A stretch of DNA of 33,797 nucleotides from Candidatus Zixiibacteriota bacterium (lineage in GTDB: Bacteria; Zixibacteria; MSB-5A5; GN15; JAAZOE01), in contig JBDREQ010000055.1 of the NCBI GenBank assembly GCA_043819555.1, positions 1 to 33,797 of the forward strand, given 5' to 3'. The notes under the pieces were generated by a model that made no database searches, was not told the origin of the DNA, and saw only the letters and a program-made list of their open reading frames with translations. The stretch's first letter is position 1. Each line of letters starts with the position of its first letter. Made by a program: the position numbers and the translations under genes. Shown piece after piece: positions 28,901 through 33,797 of the stretch.

Positions 28901-30021
28901 TTAGCGTAAACAGCTTGCCATAGATCAGATAGACTAATGCTATTGAGTTTTAGGGCCAAGGAGGTAGGCCCGGACGAATCCATCGATGCGATTGCATTTC
29001 CGCTGACCTTACCGCCAAGCGTTGAAATGTATAGAGAATCTATAATTAACTGTTCGTTCGAATACTGAGCCTGGAGTCGGGCAGAATCTATCGTTACGCT
29101 TGATAGAGTCAGGTCACTAAATGCACCATCCAGCGCAATATTAGGGTCGTCTAGGAATCCGTCAACGCGCGCTATAATATTCGCTTCACCAGCTCCAAAT
29201 GGTGGCAGATCAAAAGCTAATGCAAAATTGGCGGCGAGTGAATCCAAGGACCCCTTGGCGGTTGCTGAGAGAGCCATTTCTTTGGGATCGGAAAAACCGA
29301 CTTCGCCACTTGCTTCCAAATAAAGACCTTCACAATTAGCTCTGGCATAACTAATGTTAAGTGCTTCCTTGTCTAGTGAGGCAACTACTTCCAAATCATT
29401 GACATCCATAACTATGTTATTGTAAGACGCCAATATACTTGACACATTCAAATGCCCTGAATAGACATCACTTTTACTGCCTTGAGCGATTAGAGTTGTT
29501 CCAGATGCCTTAACAGAAAATGGCATCAGAAAATCCTGATAATCAAAACTTACTCGATTTATTGAAACAGTGCCAATGCTCACAGTAGTGGTCTTTCCAG
29601 TTGACGCCATACTTGCCGAATCTGGAGCATCGATTAAGGGGATACCGAAATGGCCAAGACTATCAAGCTTGATCGAAATCGCCACACTGTCTACCGCTAA
29701 CTCCTTAAGTCTGACCGTTCTGCTCAGTAAGTCGGGAATTGAATACCTGAGCCGAATCTGTCCAACATAGGCGAGAGGTTGAACCTCTTCGTTACCGCCC
29801 GACGCAATCGTTAGCGTGTCAATGGTTATATGTGTCCAGAGATTAGTTTCAAACCTGCCAATACTAACCGGAAGCCCAATCTCCGATGCTATTTGGTTCT
29901 CCAGCCACTTTTTAGTACGATTCTCACCGGTCAAACTCGTGAGGTATAACACAGACAGGACAACAAAAATCAGCAATGAAACACAGCTAATTGACACTAT
30001 TTTAAGTAACTTCTTCATCAC
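25963..30021 (-). CDS. tamB: TamB/AsmA-like (DUF490) translocation and assembly module protein
   Basis: N-terminal anchor helix, 1352 aa of beta-rich repeats (G..D.P), C-terminal DUF490-like region (PNLTG, F.DP..FNP.I.L.A, DLKYGITFK); ATGA overlap with the Omp85 gene. Confidence 0.85.
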   Translation of the reverse strand: MMKKLLKIVSISCVSLLIFVVLSVLYLTSLTGENRTKKWLENQIASEIGLPVSIGRFETNLWTHITIDTLTIASGGNEEVQPLAYVGQIRLRYSIPDLLSRTVRLKELAVDSVAISIKLDSLGHFGIPLIDAPDSASMASTGKTTTVSIGTVSINRVSFDYQDFLMPFSVKASGTTLIAQGSKSDVYSGHLNVSSILASYNNIVMDVNDLEVVASLDKEALNISYARANCEGLYLEASGEVGFSDPKEMALSATAKGSLDSLAANFALAFDLPPFGAGEANIIARVDGFLDDPNIALDGAFSDLTLSSVTIDSARLQAQYSNEQLIIDSLYISTLGGKVSGNAIASMDSSGPTSLALKLNSISLSDLWQAVYAKASPYKGELHGTVGASGPIGNWSSWKLDAVIAGKDLQYDNKTIPDLSCTARLESGNSVWSLVHGADKAHAELTFREDSLQGTFDVSIPEAIALASFFDQHELSGGLWANGTIAGTYTNPTIHATVNASQVIYHNFPIDTVFATLSYFDSNFIIIGLVCDGKLDPIDSHRSPFDLDSIGGSMAYNCQLSGSISDLKGEFSAELTGPRYSSYMADSIEINAILNGSQVELREMTINHDRLSARMSAIYDTISNSGSFDLGFYPLIRSSQNTESTVNTTQTRSDFGTITGEFSLGPDYNLSVTAQGKELWLGLLPLLAIDSTVSDGELAFDLSIDGPYKAPNAVFDARIRSLALPDYMLDSVITHLKLDKQAVVLDSLVSYALGQSLRASGEIELGLSEKGVLELPASAPVIATLDIRQFDLSVMKEMMLPAGDIAGAVSASLKLSGTTSLPCFDGWLKATGGRFLLNDISSPIDDIAMSLSFTDSVLTIDNATGIASSIPFEVRGSITSSDYESAIIALDVHVGEFGKLDIDGSVSDSSVRLEVSIDTLNLGVFQPFAPELDSLSGRVGARMIISGSLEEPLIDGTLLISTLAFQSVRQNVILADGHASVNFDKNRVILDSVSASINGGNLILSGDVNHDQGELTDIGLSLRANNITWEEPESFVLLVDSAVLSYGKQQETYVLHGDVVLGETRLTKGIRPTAVLPWVQELETVDLEWPGLIARSRLDVRIRESDQLWIDNNLAHIRLRSEVGIIGTPVRPNLTGLIRVEEGYLLYLDRRFRVNEGSVYFNDPNRFNPDIKLDASTQVTVYRRSAAEPYTIYIKAEGLLDQLQYELFSQPPLEKPDIVALLTLGATRSELTKSGENQEKTGLTQVLKDRAAMMTSQKVSNYISRRAGSLFGFDEFTIQGNLFKFDETWGPQLVASKRVSQRINLTYSTTVGHLNDQTMRLGYSLTPRWSLQGETDRQGCSGLDLKYGITFK

Positions 30022-30066
30022 TTATCTAAGCCTATCATATTCTTTTATAGAATAATCCCACATGAT

Positions 30067-31149
30067 TTACAGCCAATTCTTACGACGGAAGAACAAAAGC
30101 AGACTTCCCGCAATCACAACAACCACAGCCCAAAACAACGGGTAACCATATCGAAAGCCCAACTCGGGCAAATTTAACGCGCTGGCACCAGTATCAAAAT
30201 TCATGCCATACACTCCAGCCAGGAAACCCAAAGGGATGAAAACCGTCGCGATTATTGTCAGCACTTTCATTATGTCATTCATGCGATTGGCTATACCCGT
30301 GTGGTATAGATCCAGGAGTCCCGATACCATATCCCGAAATGTCTCGACAGTATCTATCACTTGTATAGTATGCTCATACAGATCTCTTAAATATGGGCCG
30401 GTGGATTCTTGTATCAACTTTGAGTCCGACCTCTCAACGCCACCAACGACTTCACGGAGGGGCCAGACAGACTTTCGCATGAAGATAAGCTGCTTTTTGA
30501 AATCGCGAATATTGTTAAGATGCCCGGGTTTAGGATTATCGGAAACGGCATCATCCAAAACTTCAATTTCTTCACTCAATCGCTCCAACGCTATGAAGTA
30601 ATAATCAACTACTGCATCTACCAATGCATACGCTAAATAGTCCGCTGTCATTAAGCGAACGCGAGGGATAGTCTTCTTTATATGTTGTCGCACTGTGTCA
30701 AAAACGTCTTCGCCAGTTTCCTGAAACGTAATAACCCAGTGCTTTCCGAAGAGAATGCTGACCTGCTCCGCTTTTATTTCACTGTTCTTCACATCGTGAT
30801 ACAACATCTTCATTACTATGAATATATGATCTTCCGCGTCTTCTATTTTCGGGCGTTGTCCTGTATTGACAACGTCCTCCAAAACCAACGGATGCATGCC
30901 ATAGTGTTGACCGAGCTTTTCAACTAGTTCCGCATCATGAATTCCATCCACATTGATCCAGGTTAATGTGGAACTTTCCTTATACAAAAAGCATTCTTCA
31001 ACAGTAGCGACGCGTTTCTCACTATATTCAGAATCGGTATAGTCTATGATGTCGATATGTACATCTTCCGTACGTTCCTTGCCGACATAAACTACACTTC
31101 CCGGTTTGAGACCGAGCTTTTTTGAAGCCTGGCTGACTCGTTTTGCCAT
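30067..31149 (-). CDS. corA: Magnesium/cobalt transporter CorA
   Basis: GLKPGSVVYVG, WINVDG, HPLVLED..QRPK, MKVLTII, GVYGMNF signature. Confidence 0.96.
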   Translation of the reverse strand: MAKRVSQASKKLGLKPGSVVYVGKERTEDVHIDIIDYTDSEYSEKRVATVEECFLYKESSTLTWINVDGIHDAELVEKLGQHYGMHPLVLEDVVNTGQRPKIEDAEDHIFIVMKMLYHDVKNSEIKAEQVSILFGKHWVITFQETGEDVFDTVRQHIKKTIPRVRLMTADYLAYALVDAVVDYYFIALERLSEEIEVLDDAVSDNPKPGHLNNIRDFKKQLIFMRKSVWPLREVVGGVERSDSKLIQESTGPYLRDLYEHTIQVIDTVETFRDMVSGLLDLYHTGIANRMNDIMKVLTIIATVFIPLGFLAGVYGMNFDTGASALNLPELGFRYGYPLFWAVVVVIAGSLLLFFRRKNWL

Positions 31150-31215
31150 AACGACTTACTTCCAATCTCTCCAACAAAAAAGCCGGAGTGTATCGCATTC
31201 TCTTTATCTTGTCGC

Positions 31216-32247
31216 CTACCTGCGAATTGCCATTTCATTTCCATGTATCACAATACCACGCAGTAGGCGACCCAATATATCCGCGCCAGTGATAATACGC
31301 CTATTCCTGGTCCATAGGAGGATAATATCATTGTCCACAACATCATCTTCCGCACTAACAGGGTCAACCATCAGCTTGCACAGGACATCTCCTATAGGCA
31401 CTTTATCATCGGTGATAATGATCGGCCTGTGACAGAACGTTTTCGGTTCAAAGTCGCCGCTACCAAATAGGGCATCGCGAAGAAGCCCGTCAGCATCTAT
31501 CACCAAATGCGGCTGATCGTGTACATCTGTGATAATAACCCACTTCTCGCCAGACTTTTGAACCTTCTGCAGGAATGGGTCTAAAGCGGTGCGCTCTACT
31601 CTGGGGAAAACCGGATTACCGTTCGCTATCGGCAGGGTGACAAGACTATCATCGGACAGAATTTCTCCCTCGCGTGAAACAGGTAAATCATCCAATGCCA
31701 GGAAATTGAGCGCGCCAAGTCCTTCAATCCGGTCAACATCAGCTTCATCCGCCTCTATGTGTTTCTGTATGACTTCTCTGAGTTGGTGCTCTCTCCAGTA
31801 CTTGATTCCATCCTCTCCGAGCCATTTATCTAATAAAAGTCCTGTTGGTTTTGCCAATGGATATAAGATCATTTGGTAGAAATTGATAACAGGTACCAGA
31901 AGAGACCCCATTCTAAGGGCATGTTTCGAAAAATAGGCTTGCGGCATAATTTCTCCAAAAAGGGTAATAAAAAAGGTCGAAAAAACGAACGCCAGAACGC
32001 CGGTGAGTACTGAGTTGGATAAAAGTGCCAGGAGAGTATTAAAGGCTACATTTCCCCACAAAATGGTCGTGAGTAGAAAATGTGTATCCATGCGCAGATT
32101 CAGAATTCTAATGGCATGATAGTTACCGGATTCTGCTTCTATTTCAAGCCTTAACCGAGTAAGGCCAAACAATGCGAGATTAAGTCCGGAAAAAATAGCC
32201 GAATGAAGAATACATATAAAAATACTTATCCATATTAGAGTGATCAT
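31216..32247 (-). CDS. CNNM/DUF21 (CorB/CorC-like) membrane protein with degenerate CBS region
   Basis: SAIFSGLNLALF, LLTTILWGNV, ITLFGEIMPQA, YPLAKP...LD..LG. Confidence 0.88.
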   Translation of the reverse strand: MITLIWISIFICILHSAIFSGLNLALFGLTRLRLEIEAESGNYHAIRILNLRMDTHFLLTTILWGNVAFNTLLALLSNSVLTGVLAFVFSTFFITLFGEIMPQAYFSKHALRMGSLLVPVINFYQMILYPLAKPTGLLLDKWLGEDGIKYWREHQLREVIQKHIEADEADVDRIEGLGALNFLALDDLPVSREGEILSDDSLVTLPIANGNPVFPRVERTALDPFLQKVQKSGEKWVIITDVHDQPHLVIDADGLLRDALFGSGDFEPKTFCHRPIIITDDKVPIGDVLCKLMVDPVSAEDDVVDNDIILLWTRNRRIITGADILGRLLRGIVIHGNEMAIRR

Positions 32248-32434
32248 GCTGCAACTCCTCTTTCATCCTTTGAGTAATTTATGGCAGCCGATATAAATTT
32301 CTTCTATGTACAATTTTACATTGCCACTATGCCATTGGCAACTTAATTTATTTCTATGTGTCCGCTTTAAGATTCGTCACGACACATGGTAAAGAATCTT
32401 GAATTTAATATGCAAATTTCATAGGAGAGGATCA

Positions 32435-32623
32435 ATGGACATTTTGCTTGAGAGTCTGATCGAGGAGTGGCAAGGTCTGGTGCGTCTATTTCCTAAACTG
32501 TTGGCAGCACTTGTCGTATTTGTGGACCGGTGGTCCATCTCAAAAATAAGCGAAGCGATTTTTGAGGTGGGTTCCCGCATAGAGCGATTGACAAGGGCGC
32601 ATAAATATTCTTATACTTCTTAG
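32435..32623 (+). pseudogene. Possible N-terminal fragment of an MscS-like membrane protein
   Basis: AGGAGAGG SD; MDILLESLIEEWQGLVRLFPKLLAALVVFV resembles the first helix of MscS/CmpX-type proteins, then terminates at 62 aa. Confidence 0.4.
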
Positions 32624-32846
32624 TATGGTGCGCCTCAGACACTATGACGGTTTCAACGTGGTTCGTGCGATAATTTTTTCCTGCTATCGCCGTTTACGGC
32701 TATAACGAGACAGATTTGAAAGAGAAGTTGTAATAGAATCGTTAAATAAAGCCCGCAGCAAATTTGGCGGGAATCCACCGCAACAAGTTGCAGTGGGCCA
32801 TCGGTCCTAAGAGCATGGGTTACCCAGCAGTCCCTTCCAGTTCTGC

Positions 32847-33332
32847 TTATTTTGGTGGTGCGTTGTTGTTGAAACAAGAGCGAATTATCTTCCAAGAACC
32901 ATCGGCTTGTCTTTCCTCAATTGACAAATATTTACCATCAATCACAATTGTCTCGCCTCCCGCCTTGGGAGTCATAGAGACTGTGTAATTACCATGGGAA
33001 ACTGCCAAGTCGCCACCTATCTTAACATCGTCGTTAGCGATAGTCATCTTGAAGATGAATAAAGGGAATATGCTTTCATATTTTGCCCGTATCTGCTCTT
33101 TTCCAACGACCGCAGGGGCGTCTGGTGCCATCTGTATCGCGTCATCAGCCCACAAAGAAATCCAACGATTCAAATCTCCCGCATTCATACTGGAAGCGTA
33201 CTGGATGAGATTGTTGTTAATTGCAGAGATATCGGCGTCGACGTCTCCTACTTCTTTCTGTTTCCCACAGCCAGTAACGAACAGCGTGAGAATCATGAGA
33301 ATAATGGAAGCTTGCAACAGTGATTTTCTCAT
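32847..33332 (-). CDS. NTF2/SnoaL-like (DUF4440-type) lipoprotein
   Basis: AGGAGG SD, lipobox FVTG|C, AGDL...LWADDA..M.P..P.VVGKEQIR, GKYL.I.ERQADGSWKI. Confidence 0.88.
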   Translation of the reverse strand: MRKSLLQASIILMILTLFVTGCGKQKEVGDVDADISAINNNLIQYASSMNAGDLNRWISLWADDAIQMAPDAPAVVGKEQIRAKYESIFPLFIFKMTIANDDVKIGGDLAVSHGNYTVSMTPKAGGETIVIDGKYLSIEERQADGSWKIIRSCFNNNAPPK

Positions 33333-33346
33333 CTTCTTCCTCCTTT

Positions 33347-33369
33347 AAATTGTGACCAAATTGTGACCA
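33347..33369. repeat. 11-bp tandem repeat AAATTGTGACC x2 (arm-site-like)
   Basis: Units at 33347-33357 and 33358-33368. Confidence 0.7.
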
Positions 33370-33415
33370 TGTTTTTACAGTGTTGGGTTGACTCCTTCGG
33401 GTGCAGAAAAACGTG

Positions 33416-33716
33416 TGTGCGTCGTCTAAACCTTTCGTATTTTATAGTTCAAATATAAGAGACACTTTTTCTCATTACAAACACTTTCTTATGCTGTCAC
33501 ATATTGTTTTAAATTGTGATATTTTCTCAATTTCATCGTTTCCCGTTTAATACGGTCACGTTTTGATTGGATTTGTTTATCTTTACCATTATACATATCT
33601 GCTGGAGTTATGTTGTTTAGTGACTCATGATACCGTTCATTATTGTAATACTCTACAAACTTCTCAATCTCACATTCCAGTTCACCTGGAAGATAGTAAT
33701 GCTGAAGCTTGATGAT
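33416..33716 (-). mobile_element. IS3-like insertion sequence remnant (transposase C-terminus 33489-33716 plus probable right end)
   Basis: Frame without a start: IIKLQHYYLPGELECEIEKFVEYYNNERYHESLNNITPADMYNGK...RDRIKRETM; downstream ...GGTTTAGACGACGCACA resembles a terminal IR ending in CA. Confidence 0.8.
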
Positions 33717-33797
33717 TGTGTCACCTCATCAGCCACAGCTAGATTTACCGAAGTCATCGAAACTACAGTCAGCAGAATTAGAAAGATTGACTTAGCG

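Noticed and set aside
24145..32623. Inversion splitting one mscS gene into the 32435 N-fragment and the 24145 C-fragment
   Set aside because: Orientation would fit, but the middle of the gene is missing, no inverted repeats are seen at the ends, and the intervening genes are co-oriented with DUF502 and nhaA.

Overview
Bacterial genomic window in two parts. The left part (1-~10.7 kb) looks like host backbone. It has a GYD-domain gene, a DUF2089/SHOCT-like pair, two paralogous multi-PAS/LuxR-HTH regulators, an orphan lipoprotein and a 961-aa secreted Asp-rich TSP3-like repeat protein ending in a dockerin-like module. That C-terminal motif suggests a Zixibacteria-like host (inference). It also holds two GC-rich, strongly base-paired intergenic elements that look like unannotated structured RNAs (~270-507 on +, 2134-2226 on -). 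From 10.7 kb rightward the DNA looks like integrated accessory DNA. Two diverged ~165-bp copies of an att-like end sit in tandem at 10704-10871 and 12915-13074; each is a tRNA-Ser-like 3' fragment cut in the T-loop plus 11-bp-period arm-type repeats. The cargo is dominated by ion/osmotic/envelope homeostasis: CPA2/Kef antiporter, APC permease-USP fusion, MscS plus two MscS-like fragments, NhaA, CorA, CNNM/DUF21, TamB and TamA/BamA-like Omp85, DUF502. It also carries an atypical short pyruvate kinase, an acyl-CoA thioesterase and an aconitase, and ends in an IS3-like transposase remnant. Three frame anomalies at short homopolymers may be assembly indels. No integrase, intact tRNA, rRNA or CRISPR array is visible. 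All family calls come from motif recognition by eye, not database searches.
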